Shown in pieces: positions 16,791 to 26,972 of a stretch of 50,415 nt of DNA (position 1 is the stretch's first letter; each line of letters opens with the position of its first letter). The stretch lies in contig SLFX01000034.1 in the NCBI GenBank assembly GCA_007124045.1, positions 1 through 50,415 of the forward strand, given 5' to 3'. The notes beneath the pieces are model-generated. The model saw only the letters and a program-made list of their open reading frames with translations, searched no databases and was not told where the DNA came from. The position numbers and the translations under genes are program-made. The DNA comes from Candidatus Delongbacteria bacterium (lineage in GTDB: Bacteria > UBA4055).

Positions 16791-18182
16791 ATGGAGGCCG
16801 TCATGCCTAAACTCGCAAAGAAGTACATGGACATTCTGATCTCAAAGGATCCGAATCAGCCTGAGTTCCTTCAGGCTGCTCAAGAAGTGATTGATACTAT
16901 TATTCCGGTACTCGAAAAGCATCCGGAATATGTTGAAGCAAAGATCGTCGAAAGGATTATCGAGCCTGAAAGAGTGATACTTTTCAGAGTGCCCTGGGCC
17001 GATGACAAGGGAAAAGTACAGGTCAACAGAGGTTTCAGAATTGAATACAACAGTGCTCTCGGACCCTACAAGGGCGGAATGAGGTTCCATCCCAGCGTGA
17101 ATTTGAGTATTCTGAAATTTCTGGGATTCGAACAGATCTTCAAAAACTCCCTCACTACTCTGCCGATGGGCGGTGGAAAAGGCGGATCGGATTTTGACCC
17201 GAAAGGAAAATCTGATAACGAGGTAATGCATTTCTGCCAGAGTTTCATGAACGAACTTTACAGGCATATAGGTCCCAATACTGATGTACCTGCAGGTGAC
17301 ATCGGTGTAGGCGGCAGAGAGATCGGATTTATGTTCGGTCAGTACAAAAAGATCGTAAATGAGTTTACGGGAGTTTTTACCGGAAAAGGAAGGAACTGGG
17401 GCGGATCACTGATTCGACCCGAAGCTACAGGATACGGAGAGGTCTATTTTGCACAGAATATGCTCGCCGAGAAAAAAGATTCTATTAAAGGAAAGACCGT
17501 CGCTGTAAGCGGATCGGGCAATGTATGTCAGTACGCTATTCAGAAAGTCAATGAACTGGGCGGAAAATGTATTTCAATGTCTGATTCAACGGGAACAATA
17601 ATCGACCTGAACGGCATCGATGACAAGAAGTGGAAATATCTGATGGAGCTCAAGAACATTAAGAGAGGAAGGGTTAAAGAATATGCCGTAAAATTTAAAG
17701 GTGCAAAAGTAAAATATTACGAAGGAAAAAGTGTTTGGGATGTAATTAGGGACCAGAAAATAAAGGTTGATATCGCTTTACCGTCCGCTACACAGAATGA
17801 GATCGATGCCAGCCATGCTAAAGCATTGGTGAAATACGGGTGTAAAGTGGTCTCGGAAGGAGCAAATATGCCTTCTCTTCCCGAAGCACAGGATATATTC
17901 ATAAAAAACAGAGTCCTTTACGGTCCCGCAAAAGCTGCCAATGCAGGCGGTGTTGCGACTTCAGGACTTGAAATGAGCCAGAACTCTTTGAGAATGTCGT
18001 GGACAAGAGAAGAGGTTGACGGTCATTTGAAAAGGATCATGAAAGACATTCATGACAACTCCATGGCTGCTGCACTCAAATATGCTCCGGAGAAAGACGG
18101 ATACATAAACTATATGGCAGGTGCGAACATTGCAGGATTTATCAAAGTTGCCGATGCAATGATGGATCAGGGAGTCGTTTAA
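16791..18182 (+). CDS. gdhA: Canonical NAD(P)-dependent glutamate dehydrogenase (E. coli/Clostridium GdhA type)
   Basis: Motifs: [49 protein letters not shown] (catalytic Lys codon 17178-17180), [24 protein letters not shown] and SEGANMPS. The track start TTG 16725 coincides with the -35 box, so ATG 16791 is preferred (ATG 16803 is also possible). Confidence 0.92.
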   Translation: MEAVMPKLAKKYMDILISKDPNQPEFLQAAQEVIDTIIPVLEKHPEYVEAKIVERIIEPERVILFRVPWADDKGKVQVNRGFRIEYNSALGPYKGGMRFHPSVNLSILKFLGFEQIFKNSLTTLPMGGGKGGSDFDPKGKSDNEVMHFCQSFMNELYRHIGPNTDVPAGDIGVGGREIGFMFGQYKKIVNEFTGVFTGKGRNWGGSLIRPEATGYGEVYFAQNMLAEKKDSIKGKTVAVSGSGNVCQYAIQKVNELGGKCISMSDSTGTIIDLNGIDDKKWKYLMELKNIKRGRVKEYAVKFKGAKVKYYEGKSVWDVIRDQKIKVDIALPSATQNEIDASHAKALVKYGCKVVSEGANMPSLPEAQDIFIKNRVLYGPAKAANAGGVATSGLEMSQNSLRMSWTREEVDGHLKRIMKDIHDNSMAAALKYAPEKDGYINYMAGANIAGFIKVADAMMDQGVV

Positions 18183-18202
18183 TCCAATTTTTTTATTTTA
18201 TC

Positions 18203-18229
18203 AAAAAGGCGGTGCACCGCCTTTTTTTA
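18203..18229 (+). terminator. Rho-independent terminator after gdhA
   Basis: AAAAA GGCGG tgca CCGCC TTTTTTT: a perfect GC-rich hairpin followed by a 7-T run, 20 nt after the stop. Confidence 0.85.
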
Positions 18230-18252
18230 TGCCAAAATTTTTTTTTTTTATC

Positions 18253-18280
18253 TTGATAAATATTATTTTAACCGTAAAAT
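18253..18280 (+). promoter_or_regulatory. Candidate sigma70 promoter for paralog D
   Basis: TTGATA (18253-18258), a 16-nt spacer, then TAAAAT (18275-18280). GGAGA Shine-Dalgarno lies before ATG 18306. Confidence 0.45.
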
Positions 18281-18305
18281 ACAAGTAATTAAACGGAGAA
18301 GTCTT

Positions 18306-21287
18306 ATGGAACTCTATGATATAAAGGATTTTGGAACAGAAAAGTACTATTTCAAAGAAGAACCATTTGGTAAACTGATGCAGAAAAGGATAAAGGATGT
18401 TCTTCTTATCTGCAGCAAATATGACCAGTTCCTTTTAGAGGTTGACGGAAGAGTGGATGAAAAGATATTTCAGGAATATGTCTCATTAAGTATCAGATAC
18501 CCGCCGCAGTTCACACAGGTTTCGAACCAGTCGGAGACATTCAGGGCTCTAAGAAAAAAAAAATACGACCTTATCATATCCATGGTAAATCTGGGAGACA
18601 TTGAACCTTTTGAGCTTGCCGATAAAATTTATGATAAATATCCCCAAATTCCGATCGTTGTTCTGACGCATTTTTCCCGCGAGGTGTCAAAATTTCTTGC
18701 CGATAAAGACCTGTCCCATATAGATTATGTCTTCTCCTGGTTGGGAGATTCAAGCATTCTTCTCGCTATTATAAAGCTTATTGAAGACAAGATGAACGCC
18801 GAACATGACATTAAGAAAGTAGGATCTAACTGCATACTGCTGGTTGAAGACTCTATCAGATACTATTCCAGCTTTCTGCCCAATATGTATAAGATACTTT
18901 ACGGCCAGACCAGGGATCTGATGGCAGAAGGACTTAACGAACATCAAAAGACAATGAGAATGAGGGCAAGAGCAAAGATACTGTTGGCAAATAATTATGA
19001 ACAGGCTCTGAAAATATACTCAAAATACAAGGATAATCTTCTTGGAATAATCACTGATGTAACTTACAAAGTAAGAGGTAAGGAGAATTTAAAAGCGGGA
19101 ATAAAGCTGGCAAATAAGATACGGAAAGAAAGTCCCCACCTGCCCATCCTTATTCAGTCTTCAAATCCGGACTTTAGATCTGAAGCCGAAAGCCTCAATA
19201 CTTCTTTTCTTTATAAACATTCTAAAACTCTTCTCAATGATATCAGAGAATTCATAAAAGCAAATTTCGGATTTGGTGATTTTGTCTTCATTGACCCTTC
19301 TGACGGCAGCGAAGTTACGAGATCTTCAGATCTGAGGGATCTGCAAAACCGGATCGAGACTATTCCTCCAGAATCTTTAGAATATCACTCTGTTAATAAT
19401 CATTTTTCAAAGTGGTTCAAAGCACGCGCTTTATTCACACTGGCGGATATGGTAAGGAATAAGACCAAAGAGGATTTCGACAGTATTGAGTCTGTAAGAG
19501 AGTATATGTACAAAACTATTAAGAATTACAGGATACATTCGTCGAAAGGAACCATCGCGGTTTTCGATAAGGATTTTTACGATGACTACTACGGTTTTAC
19601 CCGTATAGGAAAGGGCTCTTTGGGAGGAAAAGCCAGAGGTCTTGCATTTATTTCATCATTTTTAAAAGAAAAAAAGTTGAACTATAAATATCCTGGTATT
19701 ATTATCAACATACCAAAAACGATAGTTCTCACAACTGAAGTGTTTGAAGAGTTCATGACCATCAATGATCTTCATGATTTCGCACTTTCCGATATTGATG
19801 ATAACAGAATACTTGAATATTTCCTTAAAGCTGACCTGCCACCCTCGTTAAAAGAAGATCTATACTGCATTCTATCATACATAAGAACACCTCTTGCCGT
19901 CAGATCGTCAAGCCTTCTGGAAGATTCATATTTTCAGCCTTTTGCAGGAATTTATACGACATATATGATCCCCAACAATAATCCGAATATAAATGTCAGG
20001 ATGAAAGAACTCTCAATGGCAATCAAAGGGGTTTTCGCATCAACATTTTTCAAATTCAGCAAAGACTATATGCAGGCTACACACAATGTGATCGACGAAG
20101 AAAAAATGGCGGTGATAATACAGGAGGTTGCGGGAAATCTTTATAATGATAAAGCTGGTCAGGCAAGGTTTTATCCCACAGTTTCGGGAGTGGCAAGGTC
20201 TTTGAACTTCTATCCGGTGGGGGATGAAAAACTGGAGCATGGCGTAGTCAACATTGCGCTTGGTCTGGGAAAAACTATAGTTGACGGCGAAACTTCTCTA
20301 AGGTTCTCGCCCAAAACGCCAAAAAAAATTCTGCAGATATCAAACCCCGAAATGGCGCTGAAAAATACTCAGAAAAATTTCTATGCAATAGATATGAGCA
20401 AGAACTTCAATGCGACATCAAATGAAAAAGACAATCTTTTAAATCTTGATATAGCAGAGGCTGATAAAGACGGATGTCTGGGCTTGCTTGCATCAACTTA
20501 TGATCTTTATAACAGAGTGATGATCGACGGTATATCTGAGAAAGGAAAAAGAGTTCTGACATTTGATCCAATATTAAAATACGATATGTTCCCTCTGGCA
20601 GAAATTGTAAATACTCTCCTTGAACACGGCTCTGAAGAAATGAATTCCCCGGTTGAAATAGAATTCGCGGCAGAATTGGACAAACCTTCCGACAAACCGA
20701 AAGTTCTCAGATTTTTACAGATAAGACCGATCGTTCACGGTTTGGAATACAGCGATGTTATGATCACTGAACAAGAAAAGGAAGATGCTGTTCTTTCGTC
20801 TGTCCACTCTCTGGGAAACGGAAATGTAAAAGACATAAAGGATATTGTTTATATCAAACCGGACTCTTTCAACGCTGCCCATACAGTCAGGATAGCTGAA
20901 ATGCTGGATGAGATCAATAAAAAATTCGTAAGTGAGAACAAGCAGTATATTCTTATTGGTCCGGGAAGATGGGGCAGCTCTGATCCATGGCTTGGAATAC
21001 CGGTCAAATGGCCGCAGATTTCAAATGCTAAAGTTATTGTTGAGCACGGACTTAAACGCTTTCATATAGATCCGAGCCAGGGTTCGCACTTTTTTCAAAA
21101 CATTACTCTGCTAAAGGTCATATACTTTACTATTAATCCCTATCTTAAAGAAGGTGTGATAGACATTCCTTTACTGGATAAAATGGAAGCAATATATGAA
21201 AATGAGTTTTTTAGACATGTGAGATTTGAAAACGAACTGACAGTTAAAGTAAACGGTATGACCGGAGAAGGTATTGTAGCGCATTGA
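18306..21287 (+). CDS. Pseudo-receiver plus receiver plus PPDK_N ATP-grasp plus G[ST]HFF module protein (paralog D)
   Basis: 993 aa, collinear with paralog C. Motifs: LLICSKYD/DLIISMVN, ILLVEDS, LLGIITDVTY (Asp codon 19056-19058), PILIQSS, GGKARGL, PLAVRSSSLLEDSYFQPFAGIYTT, MAVIIQEV, GLGKTIVDG, PVEIEFA, ILIGPGRWGSSDPWLGIPV and SQGSHFFQN (His codon 21087-21089). Confidence 0.88.
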   Translation: MELYDIKDFGTEKYYFKEEPFGKLMQKRIKDVLLICSKYDQFLLEVDGRVDEKIFQEYVSLSIRYPPQFTQVSNQSETFRALRKKKYDLIISMVNLGDIEPFELADKIYDKYPQIPIVVLTHFSREVSKFLADKDLSHIDYVFSWLGDSSILLAIIKLIEDKMNAEHDIKKVGSNCILLVEDSIRYYSSFLPNMYKILYGQTRDLMAEGLNEHQKTMRMRARAKILLANNYEQALKIYSKYKDNLLGIITDVTYKVRGKENLKAGIKLANKIRKESPHLPILIQSSNPDFRSEAESLNTSFLYKHSKTLLNDIREFIKANFGFGDFVFIDPSDGSEVTRSSDLRDLQNRIETIPPESLEYHSVNNHFSKWFKARALFTLADMVRNKTKEDFDSIESVREYMYKTIKNYRIHSSKGTIAVFDKDFYDDYYGFTRIGKGSLGGKARGLAFISSFLKEKKLNYKYPGIIINIPKTIVLTTEVFEEFMTINDLHDFALSDIDDNRILEYFLKADLPPSLKEDLYCILSYIRTPLAVRSSSLLEDSYFQPFAGIYTTYMIPNNNPNINVRMKELSMAIKGVFASTFFKFSKDYMQATHNVIDEEKMAVIIQEVAGNLYNDKAGQARFYPTVSGVARSLNFYPVGDEKLEHGVVNIALGLGKTIVDGETSLRFSPKTPKKILQISNPEMALKNTQKNFYAIDMSKNFNATSNEKDNLLNLDIAEADKDGCLGLLASTYDLYNRVMIDGISEKGKRVLTFDPILKYDMFPLAEIVNTLLEHGSEEMNSPVEIEFAAELDKPSDKPKVLRFLQIRPIVHGLEYSDVMITEQEKEDAVLSSVHSLGNGNVKDIKDIVYIKPDSFNAAHTVRIAEMLDEINKKFVSENKQYILIGPGRWGSSDPWLGIPVKWPQISNAKVIVEHGLKRFHIDPSQGSHFFQNITLLKVIYFTINPYLKEGVIDIPLLDKMEAIYENEFFRHVRFENELTVKVNGMTGEGIVAH

Positions 21288-21297
21288 TCGGTTTATA

Positions 21298-21717
21298 ATG
21301 GAGGCCAGAATGAAATTATGCAGAGAATGCAAAAACGAAGTTTCAGAATCGGCGCAGATATGTCCAAAATGCGGGGCTCCCAAGCCGTCTCTGGAAAAAT
21401 GGGACGGTTACGGATTCGAGTATAAAAGCAGGCTCGGAATAATGGGTTTGCCTCTGATCCATGTTTCCTTCAAATATACTGCGAACAGAACGCCGGTAGT
21501 AGCGAAGGGGATTATTGCGGTAGGCCAGTTCGGGATCGGTGTTATAAACATATCGCAGTTCGGGATCGGCATTCTGAGCGCCGGTCAGTTCACGCTGGGT
21601 ATGTATGCCCTCGCGCAGTTCGGCTTTGCCTACTCCCTGATAGCTCAGTTCGGTCTCTACATCGAGTCCGGCTATGGACAGATGGTGTGGAAACTGGCTG
21701 AATTATTGGGCAGGTAA
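21298..21717 (+). CDS. Zinc-ribbon protein with a C-terminal hydrophobic QFG-repeat region
   Basis: 139 aa. CRECKN-x10-CPKCG zinc ribbon. It is followed by five repeats of about 10-11 aa (GQFGIGVI, SQFGIGIL, GQFTLGMY, AQFGFAYS, AQFGLYIE), visible as recurring cagttcgg in the DNA (about 21515-21670). The start is uncertain (ATG 21298 or 21310). Confidence 0.6.
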   Translation: MEARMKLCRECKNEVSESAQICPKCGAPKPSLEKWDGYGFEYKSRLGIMGLPLIHVSFKYTANRTPVVAKGIIAVGQFGIGVINISQFGIGILSAGQFTLGMYALAQFGFAYSLIAQFGLYIESGYGQMVWKLAELLGR

Positions 21718-21861
21718 ACAGATTTGTGATTTACAACCAGCTTCATTTTTTCGAATCGAAAGTCAGCGGCACATTAATTAACTGCAGATTTGGAGTGTCT
21801 TTATAGCTGGCGGGTAAAGATCTATGACTTTCGTTTCTCAAAAAAAAAGCTGTTTGTCAGA

Positions 21862-22722
21862 TTACCTGTAATTCATCATCACTATCGCTGCAATTATCAT
21901 GACGACAGCGGTAATATCCTTTTTCTTAAGCCTTTCGCCGAATATAAAATATCCTCCCAGGTTGATCATAACGATCGTACCTGAACTGACAGTCGGGAAA
22001 ACGACCGAAGCTTTGTAATATTTAAAAGATTCGATCAGAAAATACGAGGCGAACATGTTCGGAATACCGACAAGAAGACCGGTAATAATATCAGTTTTAG
22101 TAACTTTTCTGCCGTTTTTGAAGCCTTTTACCGTAAAAAACAGGCTCACCCAGAAAGCTGTGAAGAAAACAACGAACAGAAAAACAGCTTTATAATCCGT
22201 TCCGCCGTATATCTCGAAAAGCTTGTTCGAAAACTCCGCGAAACCCACGATCAGAAACAGCAGGATGATCGTTTTATTGACCCCTTTTACCCTGTCAAGC
22301 TCGCGCGGCGAAACATTTATCATCACGATCGCGGCGAGTGAAAGCACAACTCCCGCAGTCTGAAGAATATTCGGAATTTCCTTCCATAGCATCATCGAAA
22401 GAATTACAGGCAGAATAATACCCGTTTTGGAGACCGCACCCGTGATCCCGACACCGTTCTCCCTGATGCTTTTCTGAATAAAAATAAAGCCTAGAAAGTA
22501 GAGAAAACCTCCGAACAGACCGATAAAGAGCGCGGAATACAACGAAGGGCCGGCCTCAAATTTGATCGTCGAGCTATGAAGACTCAATATAAGGCTGATC
22601 GAAAAAGCCGCCACATAATTCGCCGAAGTAACCGCATATCTGTTCAAGTCCCTGTTCTCGCTCGATTTGAGAATCAGGGCGATAGACGCGCTGGAAAGTA
22701 TTGCCAGGAAGAGGAATATCAC
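21862..22722 (-). CDS. Polytopic membrane protein of about 10 TM, probably a DMT/EamA-like transporter
   Basis: 286 aa, hydrophobic throughout, with about ten helix-length segments in two similar halves. No diagnostic motif was recognised with certainty. Confidence 0.5.
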   Translation of the reverse strand: MIFLFLAILSSASIALILKSSENRDLNRYAVTSANYVAAFSISLILSLHSSTIKFEAGPSLYSALFIGLFGGFLYFLGFIFIQKSIRENGVGITGAVSKTGIILPVILSMMLWKEIPNILQTAGVVLSLAAIVMINVSPRELDRVKGVNKTIILLFLIVGFAEFSNKLFEIYGGTDYKAVFLFVVFFTAFWVSLFFTVKGFKNGRKVTKTDIITGLLVGIPNMFASYFLIESFKYYKASVVFPTVSSGTIVMINLGGYFIFGERLKKKDITAVVMIIAAIVMMNYR

Positions 22723-22820
22723 AGCTTTTCCTTTGCCATTAAAAATACACGATAATTATATTGTGTAAACCCGAAAAAAGCAATATATTCCGCCCTTTAT
22801 TATTTTAGACATGCAGGTAC

Positions 22821-24653
22821 ATGAAAAAATTAAGAAATATCGCGATTATAGCCCATGTTGATCATGGCAAGACCACTCTTATTGACGCGGCTCTGAAGCA
22901 GACCGGTTTTTTCAGAGCGAACCAGAAGGTGGAAGAAAGAATCATGGACTCGAACGACATCGAGAGGGAAAGAGGGATAACTATCTTTTCCAAGAATGCC
23001 GCTCTGAACTATAACGGTTACAAGATCAATATTGTTGATACTCCGGGTCATGCCGATTTCGGCGGAGAGGTGCAGAGGATCATGAAAATGGTGGACTCGG
23101 TTCTTCTTCTTGTTGACGCTTTCGAGGGACCTATGCCGCAGACGAAATATGTGCTCAAGAACGCTCTTCAGATCGGTCTTAGGCCTATTGTTGTGATCAA
23201 CAAAATTGACAGACCGAACTGCACTCCGCACGAAGTTCTCGACAAGGTTTTCGACCTTTTCGTCGAACTCGGTGCCGCTGATGATCAGCTTGATTTTCCC
23301 GTGATATATGCATCGGCCAAGAACGGTATAGCAAGGTATGACCTTGAGGATGAGAATAATGACCTCATTCCTCTGCTCGACACCATTATCAAAAGCGTCA
23401 AAGAGCCTGAGGGCGACGAGAACGGCCCTTTCCAGTTCCTTGTTTCGGCCATCGAGTACGACAATTATCTCGGAAAGATAGGTACAGGTAAGATACACCG
23501 GGGTAAAGTGAATTTCGGGCAGGAAGTCGTGCTTCTTAAAAGAGACGGCGAAAGACTTTTGTACAGGATCTCGAAGCTTTTCGTCTATGACGGACTTAAA
23601 AAAATGCACACTAAGACCGCTTCCGCCGGCGACATTGTATCTATAGCGGGTCTGTCTATGATAGATGTCGGCGAAACAGTCACTGATAAGGATCATCAGG
23701 AGCCTCTTCCTCTGATAAATGTTGATGAGCCTACTCTCGCAATGACATTTCTTGTGAACGATTCCCCTTTTGCAGGTCTTGAGGGTAAATGGGTCACTTC
23801 CAGAAATATTTGGGAAAGGCTTGAAAAAGAACTTCAGACTAATATAAGTATAAAAACAGAAAAAACAGACCTTCCCGACCAGTTCACCGTAAAAGGACGC
23901 GGAGAGCTTCAGCTTGCCATCCTTATAGAGAATATGCGCAGGGAAGGCTATGAATTCGCCGTCTCCAAGCCGAAGGTGATTTACCGGGAATTGAACGGTA
24001 AAACGACAGAACCCGTAGAACTGGCTGTTATTGATGTGGCAGACGAATTCAGCGGAGTTGTTATCGAGAGGCTCGGTATAAGGAAAGGCGAGCTTTTGAA
24101 CATAATTCAGGGAACCGACGGTTATACGAGGCTGGAGTTTAAAGTCCCTGCAAGAGGTTTGATAGGATTCAGGAACGAATTCCTCACGGAGACCAGAGGT
24201 ACCGGTATTCTGAACCACTCTTTTTACGAGTACGAGTATTATAAGGGCGACATACCAAAAAGAAGCAGAGGCGTTCTCGTTTCGCTCGAGCAGGGGGCGG
24301 CAGTACCCTATTCGCTGTTCAATCTTCAGGACAGGGGGGTAATGTTCATTGATCCGGGAACTGATGTATATGCAGGTATGATCGTCGGCGAAAACTCGAG
24401 AGAGGACGACCTGGATGTTAATGTAATAAAAAACAAAAAAATGTCCAATGTAAGAGCTTCGGGATCAGATGATGCCATCAAACTTTTCCCTCCGAGAAAG
24501 ATGACACTCGAACAGGCTTTGGAGTATATTGAAGATGACGAACTTATTGAAATCACACCTGAAAATATCAGGCTTAGAAAAAAACATCTTGATGTCAATG
24601 ACAGAAAGAGGATGAGCAGAATCAAAAACAAAGGAAATGATGAAAGAATTTAG
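22821..24653 (+). CDS. typA: Translational GTPase TypA/BipA
   Basis: 610 aa. Motifs: [26 protein letters not shown] and NKIDR, with an EF-G-like domain order and a BipA-type C-terminus. Confidence 0.93.
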   Translation: MKKLRNIAIIAHVDHGKTTLIDAALKQTGFFRANQKVEERIMDSNDIERERGITIFSKNAALNYNGYKINIVDTPGHADFGGEVQRIMKMVDSVLLLVDAFEGPMPQTKYVLKNALQIGLRPIVVINKIDRPNCTPHEVLDKVFDLFVELGAADDQLDFPVIYASAKNGIARYDLEDENNDLIPLLDTIIKSVKEPEGDENGPFQFLVSAIEYDNYLGKIGTGKIHRGKVNFGQEVVLLKRDGERLLYRISKLFVYDGLKKMHTKTASAGDIVSIAGLSMIDVGETVTDKDHQEPLPLINVDEPTLAMTFLVNDSPFAGLEGKWVTSRNIWERLEKELQTNISIKTEKTDLPDQFTVKGRGELQLAILIENMRREGYEFAVSKPKVIYRELNGKTTEPVELAVIDVADEFSGVVIERLGIRKGELLNIIQGTDGYTRLEFKVPARGLIGFRNEFLTETRGTGILNHSFYEYEYYKGDIPKRSRGVLVSLEQGAAVPYSLFNLQDRGVMFIDPGTDVYAGMIVGENSREDDLDVNVIKNKKMSNVRASGSDDAIKLFPPRKMTLEQALEYIEDDELIEITPENIRLRKKHLDVNDRKRMSRIKNKGNDERI

Positions 24654-26385
24654 AGAAGCGGGACTAAGGCAGGAGATACTGGATGCGATCGCCGAAATGG
24701 GGTTTGTTAAACCCACACCAATACAGGAAAAAACGATATCGCATCTGCTTTCTTCAAAACAGGATCTTGTAGCCCTCGCTCAGACCGGCACGGGCAAAAC
24801 GGCTGCTTTCGGACTGCCGATCGTAGAGCAGGTTGATCCAAGTCTGAACAAAACGCAGGCACTTATACTGTGCCCCACAAGAGAACTCTGCATGCAGATA
24901 ACGAAAGACTTTAATTCATTCTCGAAATATCTGCCGAGGATTAAAACGGTTGCAATTTACGGCGGATCGAGCATTGAAAAACAGATCAGCACTCTTGCGA
25001 AAGGCGTTCACATTGTTGTAGGTACTCCGGGCAGAGTACTCGATTTGATCTACAAGAAAAAGCTCAAGATCGAAAAGATCACATGGCTTGTTCTTGACGA
25101 GGCGGACGAAATGCTTAATATGGGATTCAAAGAGGACCTCGACGAAATACTTTCATCAGTAATTTCCGATAAACAGACGCTTCTTTTCTCCGCGACCATG
25201 CCCGGAGAGATAGCGAAGATCGCCGAAACTTACATGACAGACCCTGACGAAATAAGTGCCGGACAAAAGAATGTCGGTGCGGAAAATGTGGAGCATCATT
25301 ACTATCTGGTTCACGCAAGAGACAGGTATAATGCCCTCAAACGGCTTGCCGATGTTTATCCCGACATTTACGGGATCGTTTTCTGCCGGACAAGAGAGGA
25401 AACACAGCAGGTTGCAGACAAACTTATATCCGACGGCTATAATGCTGACGCTTTACATGGTAATCTCTCTCAGTCCCAGAGGGATCAGGTAATGAACAGG
25501 TTCAGGACGGGACATCTTCAACTTCTCGTTGCTACGGATGTAGCTGCCAGAGGTATAGATGTGAATAATCTGTCTCACATAATCAATTATAATCTCCCCG
25601 ACGACCCTGATATATACCTTCACAGAAGCGGAAGAACAGGCAGAGCGGGAAAAAGCGGAATATCAATATCTATTGTCCACATGAAGGAAAAATCCAGGAT
25701 CAGGATGATAGAAAACCGCTCAAAGATCAGATTTGCACAGAAAAAAGTTCCCGACGGAATAACTATCTGCGAAAAACAGCTCTTCTGTCTCGTTGACAGA
25801 GTAGTGAATATTGATGTCAATAAAGATCAGATCGAAAGATTTCTTCCCTATATCTATGATAAACTTTCAGACCTTTCCAGAGACGAACTTATACAGCATT
25901 TTATATCTGTAGAATTCAACCGTTTTTTGGAATATTATAAAGACGCGTCCGATCTTAATAAAGGTATCGAAGCACAGAAAGTCAAAACGAAAAGCAGCGA
26001 TAAATATAAAGATAGAGAAAAGTTCTCAGGAAGAGAGAGTTTTACCCGGGAAGACGGACGCAAAAAGCAGGACAAAAGAGGCAAAAAAGATTTTTCGAGA
26101 TTCTTTATCAGTGTCGGTTCTAAAGATAATATTGACAAACCGGGACTTATAAAACTTATTGCGAGTCAGATCAGGAACAGAGCTGTAGAGATAGGCAGGG
26201 TCGATCTAATGAAGAATTTCTCATTTTTTGAAATAGACAGCTCTTATGAAAAGGAAACATTAAAAGCTTTCGAATTGTACGAGTTTATGGGGAAACCGGT
26301 CACAGTTGAACTTTCATCAACAGAGCCGCACGAACCCAGGCCACGGGTGAAGAAAAAGGGCAGTAAAAATAAATATCAGTCGTAG
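24637..26385 (+). CDS. deaD: DEAD-box ATP-dependent RNA helicase with a C-terminal DbpA-type RNA-binding domain
   Basis: 582 aa. Motifs: Q-motif PTPIQ, AQTGTGKT, DEAD (VLDEADEM), SAT, ARGID, HRSGRTGR, a basic linker and a DbpA-like C-terminus. It overlaps typA by 17 nt. Confidence 0.9.
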   Translation: MMKEFREAGLRQEILDAIAEMGFVKPTPIQEKTISHLLSSKQDLVALAQTGTGKTAAFGLPIVEQVDPSLNKTQALILCPTRELCMQITKDFNSFSKYLPRIKTVAIYGGSSIEKQISTLAKGVHIVVGTPGRVLDLIYKKKLKIEKITWLVLDEADEMLNMGFKEDLDEILSSVISDKQTLLFSATMPGEIAKIAETYMTDPDEISAGQKNVGAENVEHHYYLVHARDRYNALKRLADVYPDIYGIVFCRTREETQQVADKLISDGYNADALHGNLSQSQRDQVMNRFRTGHLQLLVATDVAARGIDVNNLSHIINYNLPDDPDIYLHRSGRTGRAGKSGISISIVHMKEKSRIRMIENRSKIRFAQKKVPDGITICEKQLFCLVDRVVNIDVNKDQIERFLPYIYDKLSDLSRDELIQHFISVEFNRFLEYYKDASDLNKGIEAQKVKTKSSDKYKDREKFSGRESFTREDGRKKQDKRGKKDFSRFFISVGSKDNIDKPGLIKLIASQIRNRAVEIGRVDLMKNFSFFEIDSSYEKETLKAFELYEFMGKPVTVELSSTEPHEPRPRVKKKGSKNKYQS

Positions 26386-26963
26386 AGTTCGGGAAACTTA
26401 ACTTTTTCTATCCCTTCGACGATTATATGAAGAACGAGCATCTGGATCTCCTGTATCCTGTCGCTCGTTTTTCCTTTAACGATGATCTCATTTCCGGCTT
26501 TACCTTTAAGCTCTCCGCCGTCTTTTCCGATAAGAAGAACTGTATTCATCCCTAGCAGTTTGGCTTTTTCAAAAGCTTTGATGATATTCGGCGAATTGCC
26601 GCTCGTTGAAAGTCCTATAAAAACATCGCCTGATCTGCCGTAGGCTTCGATACCTCTCGCGAATATCTCCTCGAAACCGAAATCGTTGGCGGCGCAGGTT
26701 ATGAACGAAGGGTCCGAAAGAGCTATCGCGGGTAAAGCTCTCCTGTCCGACCTGAATCTGCCCGTCAGTTCTTCAGCGAAATGCATAGCATCGGTCATTG
26801 AGCCGCCGTTTCCGCAGATCAATACTTTTTTTCCACTGTCGAAAGCTTTAACTATAGTCATAATAACATCTTTGACCGTCTTAAGATTTTTTTCCTCCGA
26901 AATAAAATCTCCGAGCAGATTGTGAGCTTCTTTGAATGAGTCGATTATATTACCGAGAGGCAT
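26376..26963 (-). CDS. gmhA: D-sedoheptulose-7-phosphate isomerase (SIS domain)
   Basis: 195 aa. Motifs: CGNGGSMTDAMHFAEELTGRF, LSTSGNSPNI and DRIQEIQMLVLH. Confidence 0.88.
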   Translation of the reverse strand: MPLGNIIDSFKEAHNLLGDFISEEKNLKTVKDVIMTIVKAFDSGKKVLICGNGGSMTDAMHFAEELTGRFRSDRRALPAIALSDPSFITCAANDFGFEEIFARGIEAYGRSGDVFIGLSTSGNSPNIIKAFEKAKLLGMNTVLLIGKDGGELKGKAGNEIIVKGKTSDRIQEIQMLVLHIIVEGIEKVKFPELYD

Positions 26964-26972
26964 ATTCTTCTC

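Noticed and set aside
7783-21287. Annotating the four PPDK_N-containing proteins as PEP synthase or pyruvate,phosphate dikinase
   Set aside because: Only the ATP-grasp nucleotide-binding domain matches. The C-terminal PEP/pyruvate TIM-barrel domain is absent, and the canonical GG.T[SC]HAAI swivel motif is replaced by G[ST]HFF. A PpsA/PPDK label would be an over-annotation.
22830-24218. 462-aa minus-strand ORF antisense to typA
   Set aside because: The plus strand encodes a full TypA/BipA with all GTPase motifs. The antisense translation has no recognisable features or Shine-Dalgarno, so it is a shadow ORF.
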